From assembly GCA_035450165.1 (NCBI GenBank), contig DAOTMI010000003.1, forward strand, positions 217 through 64,216: DNA of 64,000 nucleotides. The letters run 5' to 3'. Of this stretch, positions 28,282-37,762 are shown in pieces. The notes beneath the pieces are model-generated. The model worked only from the letters and a program-made list of their open reading frames with translations. It was not told the DNA's origin and ran no database searches. Position 1 is the first letter of the stretch. The number at the start of each line of letters is the position of its first letter. The stretch is from Candidatus Woesebacteria bacterium. GTDB taxonomy: Bacteria; Patescibacteriota; Microgenomatia; UBA12405. A program made the translations under genes and the position numbers.

Positions 28282-29379
28282 ATGAAAAGATTGATGAGGT
28301 GGGTGTTTATGTTTATGTTTTTGGTGTTTTTGGGTGGAAGTGAGGCATATGCTACTTGTGAAGATTATCCTGGGACAGGTAATTTAGGCGAGAATTGTTG
28401 TTTACTAGAACTGAATACTGGTTGGTTTGGAAAAAAGTATAAATCTGGTCAATGTAACACTGATCTTTATTGTAATCTTGAGACAGGAAAATGTGTTGAA
28501 GCAAAAGGTGTATGCGGAAAAGCAGTGGGGGGTGAATGTTGTAATTGGGTTTATCCATATGCAGGTAGTTGTGATAGTGAATTGGGGTTGTCGTGTGATA
28601 CTAAGGCCGGAAAATGTCAAAGAAAACCCGGTGGTACAACTACAGAACCATGGGGTGACCCTGGAAAGTGTCAATATATAAGAGATACGAATTCTTCAGA
28701 CAAAGAGTGCAAATTAATTGATCAATGTAATTATAGGAATGGATGGATGGGTATAGAATTATCAGATCCATTACAACGGGATCTTTATCCAAATTGTCCA
28801 CAATGTACGTGTGGAAAAAATCCACATTATCAATTAGATACGTGCCAGGTTTATCCATTTGACCAATATAGAATAATGACAAAATTTATGTTTTGTGGTC
28901 CAGGAATGGAACCAGAAATATATCTTTCTGCAAATAACACTACAAATTGTCGTTGTATTGTGGAAGGAAGTATTCATAATATCGATTATGTTGGGGATAA
29001 GTTGCAAAAATATGATAAAGAATGGTTTTCAAAAGCAAGTAATTCTGTTATAAGTGGGGTAGGAGTAAGGCTGTTTTGTGAGCCGATTGATAAAAATAAC
29101 CCCAAAGTCTACACTGCTCTCGGCTGTCTGCCAGTGTCGGTCACCGGTTTTACCGCCTGGATTATTCCAAATTTATTTGGTATCATCGGCGGAATTTGTT
29201 TCCTAGTTCTAGTCTACGGCTTTATTATGGTGGCCACTTCGGCCGGTGATCCTAAAAAAACTCAGGCAGCTAAAGAAACCATAACGGCGGCAATTACCGG
29301 TCTAATTCTTTCTATTTTTGCTATTTTTATCGTCAGATTAATCATGATTTATATCTTAAAAATTCCGGCAGTGAGATGA
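28282..29379 (+). CDS. Cys-rich secreted protein with C-terminal double-TM T4SS-pilin-like (TrbC/VirB2-like) domain
   Basis: 365 aa. Signal peptide; about 40 Cys in CC-x7-12-C-x4-8-C-x4-6-C modules. C-terminus has two hydrophobic helices flanking SAGDPKKTQAAKETITAAITG. Confidence 0.5.
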   Translation: MKRLMRWVFMFMFLVFLGGSEAYATCEDYPGTGNLGENCCLLELNTGWFGKKYKSGQCNTDLYCNLETGKCVEAKGVCGKAVGGECCNWVYPYAGSCDSELGLSCDTKAGKCQRKPGGTTTEPWGDPGKCQYIRDTNSSDKECKLIDQCNYRNGWMGIELSDPLQRDLYPNCPQCTCGKNPHYQLDTCQVYPFDQYRIMTKFMFCGPGMEPEIYLSANNTTNCRCIVEGSIHNIDYVGDKLQKYDKEWFSKASNSVISGVGVRLFCEPIDKNNPKVYTALGCLPVSVTGFTAWIIPNLFGIIGGICFLVLVYGFIMVATSAGDPKKTQAAKETITAAITGLILSIFAIFIVRLIMIYILKIPAVR

Positions 29380-29909
29380 AATTAAAAAAAATAATAGCCG
29401 GAACAGCCATCATCATTGTTTTCTTTTTTATAGGAACGAAAAAGGTAGAAGGAGCTGGTCCCACTGTTTGCGGAGACTATGGACAACCATGCTGCGGATC
29501 AACAACTAATAAATATTGCAATGGTGAAAATCTGGTCTGTGGTACAAATAACATCTGCCAAGCTATGGGAGGGGGAACAGTAGCCCCAATTGATGAAAGA
29601 GAAAGTGGCAGGGCTGACGATGTCATTTTACCCCAATATAGTGCTGACAGCGGCTTCCGCTGGGCTAATGCCAGTTTGGGCGAAATTATCAGCGAATTAA
29701 TTAAATATGTTTATCTTTTTGCTGGATTAGCTTTAATCATAGTCTTGCTTTTTGGCGGCTTTACCGTCCTAACCGCCGCCGGAGTTCCCGAAAAAGCTCA
29801 GGTCGGTTATACCCGTATTACCCAGGGATTAATTGGCTTCGTCGTTATTTTTGCCAGTTATCTGGTAGTTCTTTTAGTCGAAGCCATCTTAAAAATAAAT
29901 ATATTCTAA
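29376..29909 (+). CDS. Cys-rich secreted protein with C-terminal double-TM T4SS-pilin-like domain (paralog of upstream gene)
   Basis: 177 aa. Signal peptide; one Cys module CGDYGQPCCGSTTNKYCNGENLVCGTNNICQ. C-terminal helix, AAGVPEKAQVGYTRITQGLIG, helix. 4-nt overlap with the upstream gene. Confidence 0.5.
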   Translation: MKLKKIIAGTAIIIVFFFIGTKKVEGAGPTVCGDYGQPCCGSTTNKYCNGENLVCGTNNICQAMGGGTVAPIDERESGRADDVILPQYSADSGFRWANASLGEIISELIKYVYLFAGLALIIVLLFGGFTVLTAAGVPEKAQVGYTRITQGLIGFVVIFASYLVVLLVEAILKINIF

Positions 29910-29936
29910 ATTAGGAAAACATCGGTTATTGAAATT

Positions 29937-30644
29937 TTATTTCCCTTTCCGCCGTTCCCGGTTTTGATACCAAATCAACGCCTTTTCCATTTCTTTCTCG
30001 TTAAAATCCGGCCAAAGAACATCAGTGAAGTAAAGTTCGGCATAGGACATTTGCCAAAGCAAAAAATTGGATAAACGAAATTCTCCACCAGTCCGAATAA
30101 TTAAGTCGGGATCAGGTTGGCCTTGGGTATAAAGATAGTGGGAAACTAATTTCTCATTAATTTTACTCGGCGGAATTTTATCTTTAACAATTTTTCTAAT
30201 TGCAGTAACAATTTCATCCCGACCGCCATAATTCAAAGCCACGTTAAAACTCATTTCCTTTTTATCCAAGACAATATTTAATACCTTTTTAACGGCATTC
30301 TTAACTTTTAGAGGGAGGGCTTGAAAATTACCCAAAACAAACAATTTTATTCCATCCCTTCGATATTCCTTTTCTTTATCTCGACAGGCTTGAACAAATA
30401 GATTAAAAATATTTTTGACCTCTACCATTGAGCGGGAACGCCAGTTTTCTGTCGATAAGGCATAAACAGTAAAATGCTTGATTCCTATTTTACGGCAATA
30501 ATTTACTATCCTTTCCAAATTTTCGGCTCCGGCCCGATGGCCTGCCTGAACCTCTAGGCCATGCTGCCGCGCCCATCGCCGATTACCATCCATAATCACA
30601 GCCACATGAGAGGGGATTTTCTTTAGATCAATTTTTGATTTCAT
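29937..30644 (-). CDS. uppS: undecaprenyl diphosphate synthase
   Basis: 235 aa; HVAVIMDGNRRWA and the ...RTGGE.RLSNFLLWQ motifs. Confidence 0.9.
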   Translation of the reverse strand: MKSKIDLKKIPSHVAVIMDGNRRWARQHGLEVQAGHRAGAENLERIVNYCRKIGIKHFTVYALSTENWRSRSMVEVKNIFNLFVQACRDKEKEYRRDGIKLFVLGNFQALPLKVKNAVKKVLNIVLDKKEMSFNVALNYGGRDEIVTAIRKIVKDKIPPSKINEKLVSHYLYTQGQPDPDLIIRTGGEFRLSNFLLWQMSYAELYFTDVLWPDFNEKEMEKALIWYQNRERRKGK

Positions 30645-30702
30645 AAACTTTTGAAGGTTAGTTTATTTGGAGCCCCAATTATCAGTACCAGAAAAATTCC
30701 TC

Positions 30703-32224
30703 AAAGGAGGTGATCCATCCGCACCTTCCGGTACGGATACCTTGTTACGACTTAACCCTCATCGCTGAATTTACCTTTGGCCCCGCGAAGGGCGGGGACT
30801 TGGGGTACCCTCAACTTTGCTGATTTGACGGGCAGTGTGTGCAAGAGGCGAGAACGTATTCACCGCAATCTGCTGATTTGCGATTACTACCAATTCCGGG
30901 TTCATGCCGGCGAGTTTCAGCCGACAATCCCAACTGAGAAAAGATTTAAAGGATTAGCTCCGCCTTACGGCTTGGCAACCCGTTGTTCTTTCCATTGTAG
31001 GATGTGTGTAGCCCTGGATATAAGCATCGTGATGACTTGACGTCGTCCCCTCCTTCCTCCTAACAAAATAATGCTAGGCAGTCTCCCGTGACACAATAAC
31101 ACGGGATAGGGGTTGCGCTCGTTACCTCACTTAAGAGAACAACTCACGTCACGAGCTGACGACAGCCATGCAACAGCTGTGCATTACCCTCGAAGGCTTC
31201 CGGCGTTTCTGCCGGAATGCAAATGCATTTCAAACCCAGGTAAGGTTTATCGCTTCGTATCGAATTGAACCACATGCTCCACTGGTTGTGCGCCTCCCCG
31301 CCAATTCGTTTGAGTTTCAACCTTGCGGTTATACTCCCCAGGCGGTCTGCTTAACGCGTTAGCTTGCGTCTCTCCCTGCAAATGCAGAGAAAAACTAGCA
31401 GACAATGTTTACAGCTAGGACTACTCAGGTCTCTAATCTGATTGATTCCCCTAGCTTTCGTCCTTGAGTGTCAGAATATATCTGGCTACCTGCCTTCGCG
31501 CTTGGTGTTCTTTATAGTATCCACGGATTTTACCCCTACACTATAAATTCCGGTAGCTCCGATATATCTCTAGTCTTTTAGTCTCCTGCCCCTGTCTCCG
31601 GTTAAGCCGAAGTCTTTGAAACAGGACTTAAAAAACCACCGACGGACCCTTTACGCCCAATAAAACCGGGTAACGCTTGCAACCTACGTATTACCGCGAC
31701 TGCTGGCACGTAGTTAGTAGTTGCTTATTCCTTTCAAGTTCATCTTGAAAGAAAAGAGGTTTACAACCCGAAGACCTTCATCCCTCACGCGATGTCGCTG
31801 CATCAGACTTTCGTCCATTGTGCAAAATTCCTAACTGCTGCCACCCGTAGGTGTATGGGCCGTGTCTCAGTCCCATTGTGGCGGACTCTCCGCTAAGAGC
31901 CGCTAACCGTCATCGCCTTGGTAGGCCATTACCCCACCAACAAGCTGGTAGTTAATACGCCACTCTCGAAGCGACTTGCGTCTTTGGAGCCGTAAGGCAC
32001 CACATGGAAAATTACCCCGCCTTTCGGCGGGCTATGTTCCTCTCCGAGGTATGTTCGTATTTTTTACTCACCCGTTTGCCGCTGAACTCGTGCATAACAC
32101 ACGAAATTTTTAGTTTTTAATTAAAAATTAGAAATTTAAATTCCGTGTGTTATGCACAAATCCCGCTCGACTTGCATGTCTTAAGCACATCGCCAGCGTT
32201 AACCCTGAGCCACGATCAAACTCT
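30703..32224 (-). rRNA. rrs: 16S ribosomal RNA (complete, about 1522 nt)
   Basis: The minus-strand 5' end AGAGTTTGATCGTGGCTCAG is the reverse complement of 32205-32224. The 3' end AAGTCGTAACAAGGTA...GGATCACCTCCTTT is the reverse complement of 30703-30750. The 515-region reads GTGCCAGCAGTCGCGGTAA. V1 is a long AT-rich hairpin. Confidence 0.95.
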
Positions 32225-32343
32225 TAGTCCAAAATTTTTCAAATTAAAAAAATTTCTGGTACTGGTAGCTGTGGCTCCAAACAAATTAACCTTCAAAAAT
32301 TTTAAAGAGCCCGTCTGAATAGTCGGACGCATTGGCTATTATA

Positions 32344-33414
32344 TTATAAATTAATCACTTTTGCACTAGGTAAAAGAGGATCAATATCATGACTGGTAAA
32401 AGTAAAAAAAGTCTGGTAATGCTGGCAAATTTTAATAACCAGCTGCCGGTGGTTGGGATCAAGTTCAGAAAAAACATCATCCAAAAACAAAATTGGTTTC
32501 TCCTGATGAGTTTGCTCATAAAAAGCAATTTGAGCTAAACGTAAAGCTAAAACGGCTAAGCGTTGTTCACCTCGACTCCCCCAATATTCTAAATTCCTAT
32601 ATTGATCGGGAAAATTTAAATTATCAAAACTAAAATCATCGCGGTGGTTACCGGCACTAGTATAACCCCAAGTTAAGTCTTTCTGGTAGTTCTTATCCAA
32701 AACAGATTGAGAAAGAACGGAAGGTTGAAAGTTAAGAAAAATAGTTTTAATTTCAGCATCAGGATGAGAGGAGAAAAAATCGTTGGCCGACTGAATAAAT
32801 TTACCCCGGTAATGGTGAATAATTTCATCGTTTTTGATCAATGATTTATCCCAATAAAACAATTCCGCCTTTAAGTTTTTACCCAGGCGAATTTGATCCA
32901 AAAGTTCATTTCGATGCTTTAAAGCTTTTTCATATTGAAAGAGAGCTACTCGATAATGCCAATCTAACTGGGATAAAACTTCATCAAGTAAATGGCGCCG
33001 ACGGGTAGGTGAACCGGCAATTAAACGAATATCTTCAGGCTGAAAAGCAACTACTGATAAGAGCCCCAAATAATGACTACGGGTCTTCTCCACTCCATTC
33101 AAATAAAATTTGCGAGTTGTTTTAGCAGTAGTCAACTGTCTGACAGTTACTAGTTGAACTTCCAATTCCTTATCCCCTCCCTGAGAATCTTTAATCTGCG
33201 CTCGGATATCAGCCATATCTTTACCCCAATAAATCAACTGCCTTAAAGACAAAGCCCGAAAACTCTTACCGGTAGCTACAAAATAAATCGCCTCCAAAAG
33301 ATTAGTTTTACCCAAACCATTTTGACCAATAATCAGATTAACGTTTGGATCGAACTCAAAAATTTTTTGGGAATAGGACCGAAAATTTTCAAGAATGATT
33401 TGACTCAAATACAC
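32344..33414 (-). CDS. recF: DNA replication and repair protein RecF
   Basis: 356 aa; N-terminal Walker A NLIIGQNGLGKTNLLEAIYF; C-terminal ABC signature region. Confidence 0.85.
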   Translation of the reverse strand: MYLSQIILENFRSYSQKIFEFDPNVNLIIGQNGLGKTNLLEAIYFVATGKSFRALSLRQLIYWGKDMADIRAQIKDSQGGDKELEVQLVTVRQLTTAKTTRKFYLNGVEKTRSHYLGLLSVVAFQPEDIRLIAGSPTRRRHLLDEVLSQLDWHYRVALFQYEKALKHRNELLDQIRLGKNLKAELFYWDKSLIKNDEIIHHYRGKFIQSANDFFSSHPDAEIKTIFLNFQPSVLSQSVLDKNYQKDLTWGYTSAGNHRDDFSFDNLNFPDQYRNLEYWGSRGEQRLAVLALRLAQIAFYEQTHQEKPILFLDDVFSELDPNHRQLVIKICQHYQTFFTFTSHDIDPLLPSAKVINL

Positions 33415-33416
33415 AG

Positions 33417-33489
33417 TCCAGCGGGTAGGAGTCGAACCTACCTAAGGCAGTTTTACAGACTGCTGCATCAACCGCTTTGCTACCGCTGG
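33417..33489 (-). tRNA. tRNA-Tyr (anticodon GTA) with short variable arm, C1-G72 and A73
   Basis: Minus-strand cloverleaf: CCAGCGG-TA-GCAA-AGCGGTTG-ATGC-A-GCAGT-CTGTAAA-ACTGC-CTTAG-GTAGG-TTCGACT-CCTAC-CCGCTGG-A. All stems pair; 73 nt. Confidence 0.85.
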
Positions 33490-33589
33490 AATGGTTATAT
33501 TTTACCATAAACCCCTATTTTAAATTCCCCATTTCCCCAATCATCTTCATCTAAAATAGATAATCCGTCTATAATTTATAATACTCACT

Positions 33590-34351
33590 ATGAGTATTCG
33601 AATAATTTCATGGAACATAAATGGAATAAGGGCAGCGGTTAAGAGAGGTTTGGTTGATTTTATTAAAAAGGATAAAGCAGATATTTATTGTCTACAGGAG
33701 GTAAAAGCGAGTCAGAACCAAATTGATCTGCATTTAAAAGAATATACAGGTTATTGGAATAGTGCTAAAAAAGCCGGTTATTCGGGAGTTTTAACTTTGA
33801 GTAAATTGGAGCCCAAGGCAGTCATTATTGGTGATCGGGATAATGATTGGGATGACGAGGGGCGGGTAATCATTACTAAGTTTGATAAATTTACTTTGCT
33901 AAATGTCTATTTTCCCAACGGGAAAAAAGATCGAGGCAGATTAATGTACAAACTCGAATTTTACGAATATTTTTTACAATACATCAATAAATTAAGAGAT
34001 CAAGGCGAAAAAATTGTTTTTTGCGGTGATGTCAACACTGCTCACCGGGAAATTGACTTAGCCCGGCCGAAAGAAAATGAAAATATCTCCGGCTTTCTAG
34101 AAATCGAAAGAAAATGGCTGGATAAACTCGAGCAAAATGGTTATATCGATACCTATCGATGGCTTCATCCCCAAGAAATCGGCTATTCCTGGTGGTCACC
34201 CCGAAGCGGTGCCCGAAAACGGAACATTGGCTGGCGGATCGACTACTTCTTTGTTTCTGATAACCTTAAAAATCAGATTAAAAAGGCTTTTATTTTACCC
34301 GAGGTTCAGGGTTCTGACCATTGTCCGATTGGGGTTGAGTTATCACTTTAA
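33590..34351 (+). CDS. xth: exodeoxyribonuclease III (Xth/APE1 family)
   Basis: 253 aa; MSIRIISWNINGIRAA...CLQE...DHCPIGVEL. Confidence 0.9.
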   Translation: MSIRIISWNINGIRAAVKRGLVDFIKKDKADIYCLQEVKASQNQIDLHLKEYTGYWNSAKKAGYSGVLTLSKLEPKAVIIGDRDNDWDDEGRVIITKFDKFTLLNVYFPNGKKDRGRLMYKLEFYEYFLQYINKLRDQGEKIVFCGDVNTAHREIDLARPKENENISGFLEIERKWLDKLEQNGYIDTYRWLHPQEIGYSWWSPRSGARKRNIGWRIDYFFVSDNLKNQIKKAFILPEVQGSDHCPIGVELSL

Positions 34352-34700
34352 CTACCTGACAAATATACTTTAAGCCCTCAAAATTAACCTCGGCCTTAAA
34401 GGTATTCGTTTCTTCATTAAAACCAAAATTACTCACTAATTGCTTCTGCTCTAAATAATCGGTTATGGCTTTAAGGGTGGGTAAAGTAATTAAACGGCCA
34501 TCAGGATAAATATAAACCTCATGGAAAATAGGATTCTGATGATTCTTCTTTCTGACTTGAATCCGCATCAAAGGGCTAAAAACATCAATAATCTCCTCTT
34601 CCCTAGACGTCCATGGATTACGGAAGTTTTGATAATGAATATGGTCATCGAGACCTGTTTTTTTAAAAAGATCAAGATAATTGTCCTTATTTTCAATCAT
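34290..34700 (-). CDS. hypothetical protein
   Basis: 136 aa. The 3' end overlaps the convergent xth by 62 nt, so coding status is uncertain. Confidence 0.3.
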   Translation of the reverse strand: MIENKDNYLDLFKKTGLDDHIHYQNFRNPWTSREEEIIDVFSPLMRIQVRKKNHQNPIFHEVYIYPDGRLITLPTLKAITDYLEQKQLVSNFGFNEETNTFKAEVNFEGLKYICQVVKVITQPQSDNGQNPEPRVK

Positions 34701-34715
34701 AAGTTAACACTTATA

Positions 34716-35222
34716 TCAAAAGAGAGCAGTTTTGTCAAGAAACAGAAAACAACGGCGGCCGTTAGTTTTTAACCAATGGTGATGAACTTCAGTTTGCGGA
34801 TCATAAAATTTCAACTGATCCCAAAATTGTCGTTTATGGTTTTTAACCGATAAATGGGTTAATTCATGAAGGAGTAAATGACGAAAAATAGGATAGGGTA
34901 AAAAAATAATCTGCCAATTAAAATTTAAATTATTTCGGCCAGAGCAGGAACCAAAACAACTTGACTGACGACGGAGAGTTAACCGATTATATTCAAAACC
35001 AAATTCAGCCGCCAATTTATTTAATTCAAGTTTAATTTTTTTAAGGGCAAATGGCCGCATTTTTCGATCAATTAGCTCTCCAAGATGAGCCGACGTCAAC
35101 GAAAAAGTATTAATCAAAATTTGCTGTCTGTCTTCATCAATCACCAAAGAATCATAATAACCAGGAAAAATCAACAACTGATATGATTGATCCAAAATAG
35201 TTAAAGTTTTTAACTGTCCCAT
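34716..35222 (-). CDS. YgjP/DUF45-family zinc metallohydrolase
   Basis: 168 aa; HELTHL...H...FW motif. Confidence 0.65.
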   Translation of the reverse strand: MGQLKTLTILDQSYQLLIFPGYYDSLVIDEDRQQILINTFSLTSAHLGELIDRKMRPFALKKIKLELNKLAAEFGFEYNRLTLRRQSSCFGSCSGRNNLNFNWQIIFLPYPIFRHLLLHELTHLSVKNHKRQFWDQLKFYDPQTEVHHHWLKTNGRRCFLFLDKTALF

Positions 35223-35247
35223 TTATGATATGATTATAGTGTAATTT

Positions 35248-35700
35248 ATGAATCAGATTTATGTTGGTGCGGATCATCGGGGATATCGGTTAAAAGAGAT
35301 TATTATTAATCAATTAAGGGAAGAGGGTTATAGTGTTGAAGATACAGGCAACAGTCAATATAATATTGAAGATGATTTTACCGATTTTGCCATTAAAACA
35401 GCTGAAATGGTAATTCGGGGAGGGGCAAGGGGTATCCTTATTTGTGGTTCTGGTTTAGGAATGAGTATCATCGCCAATAAAGTCAAAGGTATTCGAGCGG
35501 GGTTATGTACCTCAATTAAACAGGCAAGACTGGGCAGAAATGACTTAGATATTAATCTTTTGTGTTTATCAGCTGATTTAGTCTCTGATGAAAAAAATTT
35601 AAAAATAGTCCAAAAATTTTTAGAAACAGTTTTTGCTCCGGAGGAACGTTATTTAAGAAGAATTAAAAAAATCACTCAATATGAATCTGAGAAGTGTTGA
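35248..35700 (+). CDS. rpiB: ribose-5-phosphate isomerase B (RpiB/LacAB family)
   Basis: 150 aa; MNQIYVGADHRGYRLKE...GILICGSGLGMSIIANK. Confidence 0.85.
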   Translation: MNQIYVGADHRGYRLKEIIINQLREEGYSVEDTGNSQYNIEDDFTDFAIKTAEMVIRGGARGILICGSGLGMSIIANKVKGIRAGLCTSIKQARLGRNDLDINLLCLSADLVSDEKNLKIVQKFLETVFAPEERYLRRIKKITQYESEKC

Positions 35701-36679
35701 ACAATACCTGCCTGCGGTCGGTTCTTTGGCTATTTTAAGAATGGATTTAGATGTTCCAGAAGGAGATAATTCCCGCCTTAAAAAATCAGTTCCCACTCTC
35801 CGCTATTTACTTGATCAAGGTAGCCGAGTAGCTATTATTGGTCACAAAGGCCGACCAAAAGGAATTGAGGAAAAATACAGTCTACGTAAAGTTTATCTTG
35901 ATCTTATGGGTATTTTAGGTAATCAGGCAGATCTAGACAGTGTTTTTATGGAAAATTTTAACGAAATTAAAAACAATCAAATATTATTTTTTGAAAATCT
36001 AAGATTTTGGCCGGAAGAAGAAGCTAATAACGATAGTTTCATGAAAAATTTAATTGACCACTCACGGGCTTATATCAACGATGCCTTTGCTGTTGCCCAT
36101 CGCCGCCATGCCTCGATTATGCTTCATCAAAAAATGGATGGTTATTACGGCTTCGCTTTTATTGAGGAAGTAGAAAAAATTTCTCATATTTTAGAAAATC
36201 CAGCAAGGCCTCTAACTATTATTCTTGGTGGGGCTAAAGAAGACAAATTAAGCTATTTGCCGGATCTGGTTAAAATTGCCGATAAAATTCTCATCGGCGG
36301 CAAGCTCCCCCAAATTACAAATTACGAATTACCAATTACAAATGAAAAAATCAATTGGGGAAAACTAAGAAGAGACACTCTTGACCTGTCCCAGGAAACA
36401 ATTAACCAATTTATCGAAATAATTAATAACTCAAAAACGATAATTTGGGCCGGTGCTATGGGTTATTATGAAAACGAAAATAGCCGTTGGGGAACCCAAA
36501 AAATTGCTGAGGCGGTCGCTCTTAATCCTGGTTTTAAAATAATTGCCGGTGGCGAAACGGCTGCCTCAGTTATTGATCTTAAATTAAAAGACAAAATTGA
36601 TTATATTTGCTCAGGTGGCGGGGTCATGTTAGAGTTTTTGACTAAGGGAACATTGCCGGCCTGGGAAGAAAGATCATAA
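35681..36679 (+). CDS. pgk: phosphoglycerate kinase (compact)
   Basis: 332 aa; ILRMDLDVPEGDN...VAIIGHKGRPKG; C-terminal GGG.MLEFL. Confidence 0.75.
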   Translation: MNLRSVEQYLPAVGSLAILRMDLDVPEGDNSRLKKSVPTLRYLLDQGSRVAIIGHKGRPKGIEEKYSLRKVYLDLMGILGNQADLDSVFMENFNEIKNNQILFFENLRFWPEEEANNDSFMKNLIDHSRAYINDAFAVAHRRHASIMLHQKMDGYYGFAFIEEVEKISHILENPARPLTIILGGAKEDKLSYLPDLVKIADKILIGGKLPQITNYELPITNEKINWGKLRRDTLDLSQETINQFIEIINNSKTIIWAGAMGYYENENSRWGTQKIAEAVALNPGFKIIAGGETAASVIDLKLKDKIDYICSGGGVMLEFLTKGTLPAWEERS

Positions 36680-36730
36680 ATTATAGCAAAAGAGATTTCA
36701 TTTTTTTATCAGATAGCATAAAATGATTAT

Positions 36731-37762
36731 ATGGATCATAAAATCAGAATCGGTATTAACGGCTTTGGCCGGATTGGCACGGTTGTTCTCCGAGCCATTC
36801 TTTTAGAAAACTATAATGTCGAGGTCGCCGCTATTAATACTAAAGGTGATTTCGATATCGATAGTATTGTCCATCAATTTAAATACGATTCGGTCTACGG
36901 TCGGATTCCCTTCCATCTTGATGCCGCCGGACCGAAGTTAGGAGCAGAATTAGGCAGATTGAGAATAGAAGACACGGAAATACCAATTCTTGGAGAATCT
37001 AATCCGGAGGAAATTAATTGGAAAAAATATCAAACAGAGGTAGTTCTGGAATGTACCGGAGCTTTTCTAGATAAAAAGGCTGCCGGTCATTTTAAGGGAG
37101 GGGCCAAAAAAGTTATTATCTCCGCTCCATCTAAAGATCCCAAAATTCCGGTTTATATTCTTGGTGTTAATGAAAGTCGTTATCAAGGGGAAAATCTTAT
37201 TTCCAACGGTTCTTGTACTACCAACTGTGTGGCCCCTATTGTTAAGGTAATTGATCAAAAAATTGGTTTTCAGGAAGGAATTTTAACTACGATTCATGCC
37301 TATACCACCAACCAAAATATTGTCGATGGTATCGGAAAAGATGCCAGACGAGCCAGAGCCGGAGCGATTAATATTGTGCCCACTTCTACTGGCGCCGCCG
37401 AAGCTGTTATTGCCGCTTATCCGGAAGCAATGGGAAGATTTGCTGGAACAGCTATCCGCGTCCCAGTAGTTTGTGGTAGTTATTCTGAGCTTACTTTTAA
37501 AGTCATTAGAGAAACTTCAGTTGAAGAAATTAATTCCCTTTTAGAAGAAGCTAGCGTTTCACCCGAATTAGTCGGTAAATTAAAGATTGGCTATGAACCA
37601 ATTGTTTCATCCGATATTATCGGTAATAATGCTTCATGTCTTATTGATACCCTAATGACTAAGGTAGTTTCCCAAGATATGGTTTCAATTGGCGCTTGGT
37701 ATGATAACGAATATGGTTACTCCTGTCGTCTAATTGAAATGGCTATTTTTATATGCAGATAA
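36731..37762 (+). CDS. gap: glyceraldehyde-3-phosphate dehydrogenase
   Basis: 343 aa; IRIGINGFGRIGTVVLRA; active site SNGSCTTNC. Confidence 0.9.
   Translation: MDHKIRIGINGFGRIGTVVLRAILLENYNVEVAAINTKGDFDIDSIVHQFKYDSVYGRIPFHLDAAGPKLGAELGRLRIEDTEIPILGESNPEEINWKKYQTEVVLECTGAFLDKKAAGHFKGGAKKVIISAPSKDPKIPVYILGVNESRYQGENLISNGSCTTNCVAPIVKVIDQKIGFQEGILTTIHAYTTNQNIVDGIGKDARRARAGAINIVPTSTGAAEAVIAAYPEAMGRFAGTAIRVPVVCGSYSELTFKVIRETSVEEINSLLEEASVSPELVGKLKIGYEPIVSSDIIGNNASCLIDTLMTKVVSQDMVSIGAWYDNEYGYSCRLIEMAIFICR

Noticed and set aside
30777-31362. Two plus-strand ORFs (30777..31040 and 31168..31362)
   Set aside because: Entirely inside the 16S rRNA gene on the opposite strand.
32080-32160. Long AT-rich inverted repeat suggesting an insertion or intron in 16S
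   Set aside because: It is the V1 (helix 6) stem of the 16S itself. Total 16S length (about 1522 nt) is normal and flanking conserved blocks are contiguous.
33322-33510. 62-aa plus-strand ORF
   Set aside because: Overlaps the recF start and the tRNA-Tyr gene; spurious.
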